DNA of 64,000 nt from Octopus sinensis (Eukaryota), in the NCBI RefSeq assembly GCF_006345805.1, contig NC_043008.1, positions 58,900,001 to 58,964,000 on the forward strand, in the 5' to 3' direction. The notes beneath the pieces were generated by a model. The model ran no database searches. It was given only the letters and a program-made list of their open reading frames with translations, and was not told the origin of the DNA. Position 1 is the first letter of the stretch; the number at the start of each line of letters is the position of its first letter. A program made the position numbers and the translations under genes. This document shows positions 15,962-29,325 of this stretch, one piece after another.

Positions 15962-17225
15962 CTGTATAGATAGACAGGTGTAGAGTTATGAAAAACGGAA
16001 GACTCATAATGTAACGATAGTTACTATGAAGGGCATTTCCTTTCGACCGACACATATTCTTCCTGAGTAGATATTGGGGAAATAAGTAATAACTCAATGC
16101 AATCACTTTACAATTGAATACTGGATATATAAGCATGTGCGTATCGTTCTTTTCCATTTGCTGCCAAAGAAATCAAGACTGAGACTTAGTTATAAATGCT
16201 CTACTGTAATATAAAACAATCCTTTAAGACCGAAGGATACAAGTCGTATTTGACTGTATTTGAGTTCTTAACTTAGCTTTATGTTAAATTACTAAGATAT
16301 TCCTCATACAATATTAATGAAAATATTAATTGAAAAAACTCATTTTGTATATCATCGCCGTAAGTTTTATCTCCGTTTCTTCAATGGAAATATGGAACTC
16401 AACGCCTGCATACAAATGCAACTGGAAGCTTGTATAGAAATATCCTATCTCGAAACAAACTGTACATCCCTTTTGGGTTTTGTTTTCTATAAGGGATTCT
16501 AAGCTAATGCACAAAGAAGGAATCTGCAAAACCGATAACTGCCTGTAGGAAAAAAAAAGTAGTTTCGAACTATGATTGTTAACATTCGTTATCGCCTTCA
16601 GAAAATCCGTAAGTATCGGCAAAATATTTGCTAGAACCCTTGTGATACACAGTTAACTGATTCTCTGTTGTGTGGTTATAAAAGCTTGTGCTGATTCTTC
16701 ACGGACGAGTAGCTCATGTAGAAAAGATTTGTACATGAAACGTACTCAACAATACTTGTCTGACAATAAAATAATTATTTTTCTTTGAAAGACATGTTCG
16801 TTCGAAAACAAGAATTGGGAACTGGTTTGAGTATGAAAACAAAGTCGTTATTGATTTCCACAGACTTAGAAACGCCAATAATACAAATTTGTACCACTAT
16901 AAAAGTTCAAATAACAAAAGGAAATAAAACAACATCAAATAACATAAAACACAACTTAGACATAACGATATCTTTAATATTAATCAAAAACGATATACCA
17001 ACAACTATGATATATAAGTAAACGGTAGAAATACCATATTAGATACATTTAATATCATACATAGGCGTAGGAGTGGCTGTGTGGTAAATAGCTAGCTTAC
17101 GAACCACATGGTTCCGGGTTCAATCCCACTGCGTGGCACCTTGGGCGAGTGTCTTCTACTATAGCCTTGGGCCGACCAATGCCTTGTGAGTGGATTTGGT
17201 AGACGGAAACTGAAAGAAGCCGTCG

Positions 17226-17227
<2 letters not shown>
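14651..17227. repeat. Near-identical 1.3-kb tandem duplication (period 1308/1307)
   Basis: 14651-15920 recurs at 15959-17227; identical ORFs at 15009 and 16317. Differences seen by eye are three 1-nt indels and one A/G substitution. Confidence 0.95.
15757..15920 (+). mobile_element. SINE family A, 5' half (truncated at duplication junction)
   Basis: Identical to 17064-17227. Confidence 0.85.
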
Positions 17228-17265
<38 letters not shown>

Positions 17266-17520
17266 GTGTGTGTTGTGTGTGTGTGTGTGTATGTGTGTGT
17301 GTGTGTGTGTTTGTGTGTCTCTGTTTGTCTCCGCAACATCTCTTGTCAACCGATGCTGGTGTGTTTACGTCCCCGCAACTAGCGGTTCGGCCAAAGCGAC
17401 CGATAGAATAAGTACTAGGCTTACAAAGAATAAGTCCTGGAGTCGATTTGCTCGACTAAAGGCGGTGCTCCAGCATGGCCACAGTCAAAATGACTGAAAC
17501 AAGTAAAAGAGTAAAAGAGT
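17064..17520 (+). mobile_element. SINE family A (tRNA-derived, CORE-like domain), full length with internal (TA)n(TG)n
   Basis: ggcgtaggagtggctgtgtggtaa head with B-box ggttcaatccc, accttgggcgagtgtc CORE-like segment, 3' half ending gaaacaagtaaaagagtaaaagagt. Confidence 0.85.
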
Positions 17521-18619
17521 ATACATGACAATAGATGAACGCGATGTCCAACTTTAGATTAGTTACCTACTGGCCCTCTAATAATCTTATTATCTGACGC
17601 AACTTGCAGCGATCTTTAAATTCATTATAAACGACACCAGACACATTACTTTGAAGCGGGTATCTGTTCTGATAACTAAATATTAAGCAGACTTCGGAAA
17701 ATTACAATATACAGTATGAGATGATATAGACGAATATTCCTGCGTTTTTAATACATGCAGAGTCAATGTGATTATTAAACACGTTGCTCTGACGAGGTAA
17801 ATTTTGACCGTTAGACTTTCACATCATCTACAATTTCTTTATTCCTTTATTTATAGGTTTGAATGGTTGTCAACGAATTTACTTCAACATTGCGTTATGC
17901 TGGAGTATTGATTCGATCATTAAACATTATTTGTGGAAGAATCTTTGGCGTAAAACTAAACATGACAGGAAAAGTGATCTCAATAATGAAACTAATACCT
18001 TACTACCTACTTCATTTTCCTATTGTCTAGTGAAGTGCATTGCAATTTCCCCTAACTCTAAGTGCATGGTAAATCGACAACAGAAGTCGTGAAGTTTAAT
18101 GCTTTTACGATTGCCAGGCTATTAATGAACTGCATTTGCCGTTAATAGCTTATTCATTTCATTACATATATGTAGTACGGTAATGAGGAGAAACTTTTAA
18201 TTTAAATGTCTGTAATATATTATTAGTGATATTTAGTAGATTTCTTCTATGCTCGCTCCGATTTACGAGTTTATTCTATACTTTCATCTATGCTACAGTA
18301 AATATTCATGTAATTCTTGCATATTCTCTTTGTAAGCGTAGAATGTGTGTTTGTGATATATGTTCACATATTCTATTTCTAGTATAGGTATTCTAAGGGT
18401 GATAGGTTTAAACCAGATTTTACACTCTGGTTCAATGCTGACGGTACAGATTAATAAATTGAAACTTCGATACAAAGTTTATGCGTTTAAAACTGTAATG
18501 AAGGTTACGATTGTATGTTCAATATACATATATCTGTAACCTTGGCTTCAGTTTTATTATGATATACGCATCAAACATAATTCAGTTATAAATGTGTGCA
18601 TGTGAGTGTATATTTAGAA

Positions 18620-18683
<64 letters not shown>

Positions 18684-19068
18684 TATATATACATGTATAC
18701 ACGCACTTACAAACATATACGTATGTATATAAATGAACGTGTGTGTGTGTGTGTGTATTCAGATGCTTTTATGTGAGTTGATTTACGCATTCTCCATCAC
18801 AATTATTCTGATTTAGATAAATTATTCTGCTCCAAGCTCGATTGTCTTCATATTAAAAAAACCAATCATGCGTTCGAAATATAGATTTACTTGTGGTCGA
18901 AACATTTAGGTTGATCATACAATGGCAATATGGTAGTGTATATATGTATATATATCTAAGTATATATATATATATCTATATATATATATATATATTATAT
19001 ATATATAGATATATATATATATATGTACATATATATATATTATATATATTATATATATATATACATAC

Positions 19069-19101
<33 letters not shown>

Positions 19102-19730
19102 ATATATATATATTGTAGAATAATATCTGTACATAATTCCTGTGAGATGTGAACGTAATGATGTGAAGGAAATTGATAATGGTATGTAATATCAGGACAA
19201 AACAAAATGTATTCATAACAAAACGAACACACACACACACACACACACAGACACACACATACACACACACACACACACACTTGCGCACATTACTACATCT
19301 TTTTCTCTTAAACTTTCATCTCATAAATAAATATGTATATATATAGATTGATTGATAGATAGATAGATATACATTTGTATACAACTATCTGTGTGCTTTC
19401 GCATACGTATATATGCGTACATATACAGACATACTCACTCATGCACACACACACACACACGCACTCACACACACGCACACACACATACACACACTTACAT
19501 ACTATATCAATCCGAAGCTCTTATATTTAATTTGTTTATCCGCATAATTGCCTCCATATCTGCTCACATCGATTCCTCTTATAATCAATCTCTACCCTGC
19601 GGAATTGGTCCCATGTAAAACCATCTGAGACTTTGTTCGATTCATTTGAATGCTACTGTTGTCCATATATATATATATGTATGTATAGATACATACATAC
19701 ACAAACACACGCACACACACACACACACTC

Positions 19731-19772
<42 letters not shown>

Positions 19773-20299
19773 AACTTCAAAAGCACAGAGAAAAAGATCA
19801 GAACAAACTAACGTGTGGACGTAGCACAAGCATTGTATTAATAAGACGCTCAGAGAAAGAAAAGAGTAGTAGTTTTGCGCTTCGAGCATAGTTCTGCTTC
19901 GGAAACAGGAAAAACCGGAGAGTTCAAGACAAAGGCGTAAAAAGATCACCAACAATCACGTGTAATCATATTTTTTAAATGACCGGAAGAAATGAAGAGA
20001 AAGTGCTTGCTGGCACAGGAGATTGTGTAAATGGTCAGTATTTATGTGTGAGGGTAGCATCTGTGTGTGTGTGTGTCTGAGTGAGTGGGTGTTAGAGTTT
20101 GTATTATGGTTGCATGTGTGTGTGGTTATAAATTCACGTGTGTAGGTTTGTGCGCGTGTTAACGTGTCTGTGTGGTTGTAACTGTGTGTGTATGTATGTA
20201 TATGTATATGTGTAGACGGAGTAAGAATGTGTAGATGTATGTGCACATGTGTATGGGTACGTGTGTATCTGTCTTTGTGTCGCTCTGTCTCTATCGTTG

Positions 20300-20347
<48 letters not shown>

Positions 20348-20764
20348 TGTGGAGATGTGTGTACCTCTATATGTGTGTGAAAGTGTATGTACGTTCATGT
20401 ACATGCCTGCATGTGTGTCTGTGTGTTGTTTCTGTGCGTGTGTGCACGCAGATCTGTGTTTGGTGTGTGTGGTGTGTGGTATAAGAATATCAAAACTAAA
20501 CAATAATATAAATAAATAGTGAAAACTTTTTTTAAATTGAAGGATAAAATTAAATAATACAAATAAATAATAAAAAATAAAGATTGGTAATAATGAAAAA
20601 ATAAATGTGAAGAAATCAGCAACAGAAAAGAAAAAAAATTCGGTAAGAAAATAGAATCAGTAACAGAAGTAATAACATATTATTAAAGAATTTAGAAAGA
20701 AATAAAAGAATAATAAAAAGGAGTATTTTTTAAGGTGTTATGGGGGAAGTAACTGAGAAGAGGT

Positions 20765-20985
20765 GATTGTGTTGAGTCCGGAAGGTGTTTGAATACGCAG
20801 AATGAAAATGTAACGGTGTTCCAGGCGGAGTCTAGAGTTGATGGATCCATGGTTAGGGTAAGGCCAAATACGGTGAGATCTTAGGTAGATTGGTCGGCCA
20901 AGCGAAAATGATGGGCGACGGAGATGTTCTTAAGTAGACAAACGTCTGGTAGGTTCACACAGGCAAAACACCTGAAATTTGAAGA
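20765..20985 (-). mobile_element. PLE GIY-YIG endonuclease C-terminal fragment
   Basis: Minus strand with frameshifts reads EPTRRLST*EHL / VAHHFRLADQST*DLTVFGL / RLRLEHRYIFILRIQTPSGLN, resembling the PLE pattern GET.R.L..R..EH...VA.HF...RE...I..L.T..P.GLN. Confidence 0.7.
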
Positions 20986-21150
20986 AAAGCTAATTGTGTA
21001 ACTCGACCTTGACGCTATTATATCTTCCCTTATTTTTCGACTTTGCCGCAGCGAAAGGAAAATCTATGATTTGAAAATAAGACGTAAAGACTACAAATAA
21101 AATACCACGAAGCACTTTATCCCACGGGCTAACGATTCTGGCAATGTATC

Positions 21151-21370
21151 TATTTCTTTATTACCCACAAGGGGCTAAACATAGAGGGGACAAACAAGGG
21201 CAGACATAGGTATTAAGTCGATTACATCGTCCCAGTGGGTGACTGGTACTTAATTTATCGATCCCGAAAGGATGAAAGGTAAAGTCGACCTCTGCGGAAT
21301 TTGAACTCACAACGTAACGGCAGACGAAATACCGCTAAGCATTTCGCCCGACGTGCTAACGTTTCTGGCA
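21151..21370 (-). mobile_element. SINE family M
   Basis: Near full-length match to the 7061 copy. Confidence 0.85.
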
Positions 21371-21949
21371 ATCTACCGTTCTATTAACGCTGTTAATACC
21401 TGTCACTCTTGTCACATTGACTTTGTTGTCGTTGAAGTCACAAATGTATACTTTACCATTATCTATTTAACTTCTAACATTCCCATTAATATTGTTCACA
21501 TAAGCGTTGAGGTTTTTGATGTTAATCTTGGAATTATATATGCAATTTAAATAACTGTTATTCCTTGAAAATTTGCATTTTCTTTCTCCGTTCCCCTCAG
21601 AGGGTGTAAGTTTGATACCACCTTTATGGTAATCTTATGAAATTGTCACCACCATATAACTATGTCGGATTTTAAATGAGTGTCTTGAAGGCAGCCTCAA
21701 ATAACAGTTAACAACATTTATTGCTGTAAATGCGAAATATAACATGATAATTACATTTCCTATGTCATACATTACGGAGAGAGGAATTTAGTAAATGAAG
21801 TTGACGGGAGCAGGAAGTATGTCAAAGTGGAATCTAGCATACTTATATTTCAGGTCGTAAAGTAACGTTACAAAATATTAAATTTAATGTTTTGCTGATA
21901 TCACTTGCACTGGGCTAGTAGATTTAAAACTATGCTTGTTTCAAGTTTA

Positions 21950-22165
21950 AGGTGGCGAGCTGGAAGAATCGTGAGCACGCCGGGAAAAAATGCTTAATTG
22001 CATGTTCGCTGTCTTTACATTCTGAGTTCAAATTCTGCTGAGCTCGACTTTGCCTTTCATCCATTTCGGGATCGAAAAACTGAGTACAGCTGAACACTCA
22101 GATCAAGGAAATCGCCTTAACTTCTCGTCTTGAAATTGTTCAGCTTGTGTTAAATTTTGAAATCA
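21950..22165 (+). mobile_element. SINE family M, diverged
   Basis: aaggtggcgagctgg...gagttcaaattctgctgagctcgactttgcctttcatcc. Confidence 0.75.
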
Positions 22166-22868
22166 ATAGTTGTTTCAAGATTTGACACTAAATCAGCAAT
22201 TTTGAGGAGTTAAGGAACAAGTCGTTAACATCGGCCCCTTTACTTCCATGGTACTTTATTTTAAAACTAGAAAACAAAGACAACCTCGGCGAGATTTGAA
22301 ATAACCGAAAGAATTTTTTCCGACGCATGCGGTGCTCCAGCATGATGGCAGTCAAATGACTGAAACAAGTAAAAGAGTAAAAAAGAGAGAGATAGTATAC
22401 CGAATATTATTGTATATGTGATTTTGAAATAGTTTATCAAACTATATCTCTCATTTGTTAGCAATTTGTTTAGGGGACATTCGTGGATTTTGCTTTATAG
22501 TATTTTAGTATTTTCCATTATTACACTTTCATGTTATGAAATCAGTGATTGTAGTTTATACAAACATATTATTTCACTTCCTCAAAATAACAGAAACTAA
22601 TTATGAAAATGTGTTGTTACTGTTTAATCTTTTCGCTAGAGAGAAAGCACTTCGTGTGAAACAATGTATACACGAGTCGTTACTTCTGTTTGAATAGTAA
22701 CGCTTTAAAAGACTAAGTAGTACTCTTTCTCGACAATATATCTCCCCCACAGTAAAATATTTACTGGACACATTCAAAGAGATGGTTTTGTTTTGGTTTT
22801 CCAGGAAAATATTCCGCTCTCCTTCATCATTTGTTCGTAATATTAAACTTTTGAAAGGTGACGATCTG

Positions 22869-23050
22869 ACAGAAACGTTAGCATGTCGGGGCGAAATGTG
22901 TAGCAGTATTTCCTCTCTCTTCTCGTCCTGAGTTCATATTCCGCCGAGGTAGACTTTGCCTGTCATCCTTTCTGGATCGATAAATTAAGTACCAGTCGCT
23001 CGAATCGACTGGCCCCTTCCCCAAAAATTTCAGAGTAGAAAAGAATATTT
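22869..23050 (+). mobile_element. SINE family M, diverged
   Basis: cagaaacgttagcatg...ccgccgaggtagactttgcc. Confidence 0.7.
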
Positions 23051-23988
23051 AAATTTTGAGCTGCAGTGTATAATTTTTGCTGATTTTAATCAGTGGACTA
23101 AGACTAGACAGACACATCGTTTATAAAAGTTGTAGCCCTTTCTATAATCGTAAATCCTTATTGAACTGACTCAGGACAGTGGAAATAGGAAGTGAATTCG
23201 TGCAGCAATTGAACTCAGAACGCAAGCAAACGTAACAGTGGATATAATTAGATTTCAACATTATTTTTGCTGCGTTACAAAAACAATGAATCCACTATAT
23301 ATTTTTTCCCCATTTTTCAAAATGCAATGAAACGGTTTCATTAATTTTGGAAGCACACGAATGAATATCATGTCTTCTTCGCTTTCTTCATACACGCAAA
23401 CCTTTGACCTTCTGTTATGTTGAATAGTTCGAATATAGTTAAATATATTGGCAAATCTACTACGTGACTCTGGTTTCATTTTCCTACAATGACTGCACAA
23501 AGTGTGAGAAACAACACTAATTTTCCATTGCTGTGTATATTAAAAGGATTCATGCCAATACATGAATTATATACGTATAACTATTTCGCATTTTGATAAA
23601 AAAGAAAAGCAATATCACATCTGAAAGATCTTAGTATTAAAATGGCATGAACACGTTTCCACGACGTTTATAATCTATAGACCATGTTCTCTTCCACGTT
23701 ATCGCTATAACCTGAAACAACAACTAATTCAGTTTTTATAATCAAATATATATATATATTTTATTAAGTTATCGTCCTTCATTGAATCCTCGTATCTTCA
23801 TTCATCCGATGTCCTGTTCGAGCTTTATCAAATAAGAGTAACATACCCTAACAAAATATATTGTTTTTACATAGTTTATGTATTATAGTCAGAAGCAAAG
23901 ACACACGCGGACACTTGTACACTTATGCGTGTGAAGGCTTCTCGCTTTATATCTCTAACTGCATACACAAAAAACTCACATGCATACA

Positions 23989-24024
<36 letters not shown>

Positions 24025-24921
24025 TATATATTATATATATATATATATAATATATATATATATAATATATATATATAATATATATATATATTATATATAT
24101 AATATATATATAACATTACATCGTTATTTAACGTCCATATGCATCATATTTATCGATATATACGCACAGAGAGAGCGAGAGAGAATGTGTAAGTGGGAGA
24201 GAAATTGAGCAGACAGAGACACTCTCATGTATACGCATGTACATAGATCCATATAGATATATGTTGATATAAAATATCTATATATAGATATGCTAGGCAT
24301 ATTATAAGAAATATATATATGTGTGCTTGTGCATATATATATAAATTAAAAAGGAAAAGAAAACCAAAGCAGGACAAGCTTATCAGATCATTTTAAATAT
24401 TTTCATTAAAGTAATATGTATATATAATATGGGCAGCTAATTCGCAATTTTACAACCTAACGGTAAATACATATATATCACTAAAATGAACAAGGGCACT
24501 AATCAGTATTAGTATTGCTAGAAATAGGAGTTAAAACTCAAAAATAGTGCTTTTGTTGTCTATAGAGAATTTTTACTCTTATTTCCAGCAATACTGGTGC
24601 TGACTAGTGACCTTGTCCCCTTTACTGACGTATATATATATGTCTTTCATCTTTTCGGGGTCGATGAAATAAGTACCAGTGCGCACTGGGGTCGCGGTAA
24701 TCAATATAACTATTCTTGGGCAAGAGTATAAAATAGTATACCTCTCTACCCAGCTATGTCAAGCCTGTGTGTCAGAGTAGGATCATCAAACTAGTATGAT
24801 GTCAAGCTCAAAACCACGGCCTACACATCAGACCGTGGCTGGTGAAGAGAACAAGCTGAGATCTTCGACGTGTCGTGGACTGAACGTAGGCAATCCAGTC
24901 CCATCCAGTATATGCATAAAA

Positions 24922-25082
24922 GGTGCAGGCGTCGTTGTGTGATAATAAGCTTGCTTCACAACCTCATGGCTCCGGGTTCATTCCCACTGTCTGACATTTT
25001 GGACAAGTTTCTTCTAGTATAGCCTCGGTCCGACGAAAACCTTGTGAGTGGGTTTGGAATACGGAAAAATGAAAGCAGCCCG

Positions 25083-25086
<4 letters not shown>
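24922..25086 (+). mobile_element. SINE family A, 5' half, diverged
   Basis: Matches the family A head through gaaagcagcccgtc. Confidence 0.7.
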
Positions 25087-25118
<32 letters not shown>

Positions 25119-25231
25119 TATATTCTATATTAAATTTATAAAGAATATAAAAAAACATAAAAATCAGAGTTGGAATTCCTTTGAATAATATATATCCTCT
25201 ATACACAATCATATAAATCCCTTTATATATA

Positions 25232-25295
<64 letters not shown>

Positions 25296-25618
25296 ATATA
25301 GTAGAAATATGTTACGAAAAGAAAATATAAAATACAGGTGGAAATGTAGGAGTAAAATATGAAAAATCAACGAAAATGCACCTTGCAAATAGAAAAAGGC
25401 TATTTATGAGAGGTAACGACAAATATATACATTTAGATTGACTGAGGCAGTAATATGAGTCATAAAAGTCATTATTATGAGATGATTATAAGATGATAAT
25501 AAAGTAAGGGAGAAAAACGAACCATGGTTTACGCAAGGCTTATTCATCGTTCTGTTGAGAGATCTTAAATCACGACACAGACGTAATATCATTTGAATCC
25601 ATTTTCTATAGACAACAA

Positions 25619-25684
<66 letters not shown>

Positions 25685-25729
25685 TGTATGTATGTATGTA
25701 TATATGTGTGTGTGTTTGTGTACTTTTGT

Positions 25730-25895
25730 TTCTCTTTGTCACACCCACCACCGCTTAACAACAAGCATTGGTGTATTCACGTCCCCGTAAATTTACTGTT
25801 GTTCGGCAAGTAACATCGATTAAATATGTACCAGGCTTTAAAAAAAAAGGCGCAGTCCCTCATGGCTGCAGTCTAATGAGTGAAACGAGTAAAAG
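25730..25895 (+). mobile_element. SINE family A, 3' half, diverged
   Basis: ccaccgcttaacaac...cacgtccccgtaa...gaaacgagtaaaaga. Confidence 0.65.
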
Positions 25896-25956
<61 letters not shown>

Positions 25957-25980
25957 TATATATATATATATATATATAAC

Positions 25981-26018
<38 letters not shown>

Positions 26019-26020
26019 AC

Positions 26021-26068
<48 letters not shown>

Positions 26069-27326
26069 ATATATAATTTTTTCTGCGTATACCTATATGT
26101 ACATGTGATTGTGTGTGTGTTTGAAACTAAGTTTCAGTATTTATGTATATGTTCAATTTGAAAGGCGTTTAAACATCGCTGTTGAGAGATCTTTAATCAC
26201 GACACAGACGTAATATCAGTTGAATCCATTTTCTATAGACGACAAACGTCCCGTTCTACTTCTGTTAACAATACTAATACTTCTGTATTCAGCTCCACTC
26301 CAATCGTGAAACAATATTATGTTCTTTTTGAACAAGATCTTATTACACTACATGCTATTCTTTTACAGTAACTAGAAATATATTAACATGGAGACAAGTC
26401 TTTCATTTTTACCATGAATTTTGTTGTGTAATATAAGTTATTATACTATCAGGCCGTCTCTGCGATATCATACTGCATATACTCTTGTACACGAATGAAA
26501 ACAATATTTCTGGTGCCAAAAACATACGTTCTCCAATATTCCTGGAGTAAATAACAAGTAAATGTGTTTGTTTATATTATCGAACCATTTTAAGCGAAGT
26601 CAGTCACTCGAAGCTTTTGGATTATTCAAGTGAAACTGAAAACAGGCTATTGTGTAAGCGGTGTGATTGTTCTGGATCAATACTGTTGTTATACTGATGT
26701 TATCGACGCAATTTTCCGCGTATGTTGACTAGTATTCTGTCTGACAAAAATATAAGGAGCAGGAATGGTTGAATAGTAAGAGATTTAATTCCCAACCTCA
26801 TGGTTCAGTTTCAGTTAACCGTTTATTGCACCCAGCGCTAGTGTCTTCTACAATTCAACTATATCCCCGTGCCAACGATCGCGGTAGAATTTGAACTCAG
26901 AATGCTCAAATGACAGAAGAAATGCCGCTAAGCCTTGTGTCCGACGTGTTGATGATTCTGCTGTTCTGTAACTGTTTGACTATCTCATTTTACGCAAAAT
27001 ATTTGCCAGTAAATCGTTCTTTATTACTGAACGTTTGTTGTACATTCTATTATTCAATTCAATAGGTTCCCACTTTGTAAAAATCCTGAAAGCTAGAATT
27101 GTGTGGATTGTCGTTTAGATAGGGTCATATTTTGGGGTAGAGTCAGGGAGTTCAGATGTGGTATATCATTAATCAATCGATATTTATTGCTTGAATTTTT
27201 CCCAGACCACTCTCCAATCGGAAATTGAATATTGCTAAATAGCAATAAATATGTAAGTCGTGTTCAGTTTTTGTAGAAATCGCATTCATTTACATGTGAG
27301 GATTTGGCAAAATCTTTAAAGATTCG

Positions 27327-27380
<54 letters not shown>

Positions 27381-27613
27381 AATATACTGTATATGGGCTT
27401 ATGTTTGTGTATGTGTGTATATATGTTGGGAGAATTCACAAAAAAACAACAAAAGACGAAGACAGGTGGTGTAGACAACAAACAGATGTATTAGTATAAC
27501 GCTCGGGAAGTGGAAAAGTATAAAACGTTTCGAGCCTACGCTCTTCCACAGAAAGGAACACAGAAACAAGAAAGGGGAGAAAATAAAGACTGTGTAGTGG
27601 CTAGTGATCGATC

Positions 27614-27663
<50 letters not shown>

Positions 27664-27749
27664 GTGTCTGTCTGTCTGTGTATGTGTATTAGAGTAAGTA
27701 ATATATATGTATATCTGCTATGTAGTATGTTTTTTGGCGTATTACATTC

Positions 27750-29040
27750 TGTGTAGAAATTTCACTCAGATCAACTTTGATCATTCCAAAACATAAAAAA
27801 ATAAAGTACGAACTAAACACTGGGGTTGATAGTGTCGACTTTCCGCAACTGTTGAATATTCATAACATTGGGTCTAAATTAAAAGCCATTTTCATTCATA
27901 ATTATAATAGTTATTAAGGTGGCGAGCTGGCAGAATCGTTAGCATGCCGGACGAGATGCTTAGCGGTATTTCGTCTGCGGCTACGTTCTAAGCTCAAATT
28001 CCGCCGATGTCGAGATTTGCCTTTCATCCTTTCGTGGTCGATTAAATAACTACCAGTTGCGCACTGGGGTCGATGAAATCGATTTAATCCCCTCTCCCTA
28101 GCTGCCCTTGTGGCTAAAATTTAATATCATTATTATAATTATCATTAATATCCATTATTTTCATAATTATTAATATTCGTTATTATAATAATTACGAACC
28201 CACAATATCGACAATGTCAAAGAAAGTGCTTAGCTGTATTTCGTCCGTCTATATGTTCTGAGTTGTATAGAGTTAGATTTTGATCTTCATCCTTTCAGGA
28301 TCGATGAAGTAAGTGCCAATTGAACACTAGAGTCGATATAATCGACAATCCCTTTCGCTCAAAATTTTTGGGCCTTTTGTATATAGTAGAAAGCATTGCT
28401 GGCATCTGGGATGTCGTCAGGTGCTCACTGCCCCCTACCAGTTCAGCAATACAGTCAGAAGTTGTATGGTGGAAATATATAGAAATCTGGTGATGGGTAA
28501 GATGATAATGTCGGGAAATCTCTTGGCATTCGACGACGGTTAACTATATAGTGTTTCAGAGCACTTCTGGACCTGGTACTACCATAGATAACTTCCACAA
28601 AATGATTAGCATTATTAACACGCCGGAAAGAAAATGCTAAGTGGCATTTCGTCCGTTTTTACTATTTGAGTTCAAATTCTGCCGAGTCATCTCTTGGGGT
28701 CGAAGATAAATCAAGTACTAGTTGAGCATTAGTGGGGTGTTGTAATCGACTTAACCCCTTCCCCGATCTTACTGGCCTTATGTCAGAATTTGAAATACTA
28801 TTAAGTGTTTGTAAAATGAATCTTAGTGTCAATGCAGTTGACTTCTATCCACTAAAAATCTACTGTCCCTGTTCCAAAGTTTGAAACAAGTAATCTGTCT
28901 TTACGTTCTGAGTTCAAATATTGCCGAGTTAGACTTCGCGTTTCATTCTTTCGGGGTCGATTAAATAAGAACCAGCTGAGCACTGTGTTTGATGTAATCG
29001 ACTAGCCCTTCACTGCAAACGTTCAGGCCCCGTACAACCG
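27750..29040 (+). mobile_element. Cluster of about 5 same-orientation SINE family M copies (about 27750, 27916, 28200, 28610, 28880)
   Basis: Repeated gagttcaaatt...cctttcggggtcga...ggggtcgat motifs at varying divergence. Confidence 0.75.
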
Positions 29041-29077
29041 TTATAAAGAAAACATGTTGTTGTTTTCTCCTTCTTCT

Positions 29078-29325
29078 TGCGACCTTTTAAAGCCTAGCCA
29101 GGCTCATGGGCCCGGTTTCCCGGTTTCTATGGCGTATGTGTTCCTCATCAGGACAGGACGCCAGTCCATCGCAGCGTTACTCCTTTTTGCCAACTGAGTG
29201 GACTGCAGCAACGTGAAATGAAGTGTTTTGATCAAGAACACAACGTGTCGCCCCGTCCAGGAATCGAAAACACAATCTTACGATCATGATGCTGACACCC
29301 CAACCACTAAGCCACGCGCCTCCAC
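29078..29325 (-). mobile_element. SINE family B
   Basis: tRNA-like head at 29325 on the minus strand; 3' tail matches the 63328 copy. Confidence 0.8.
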
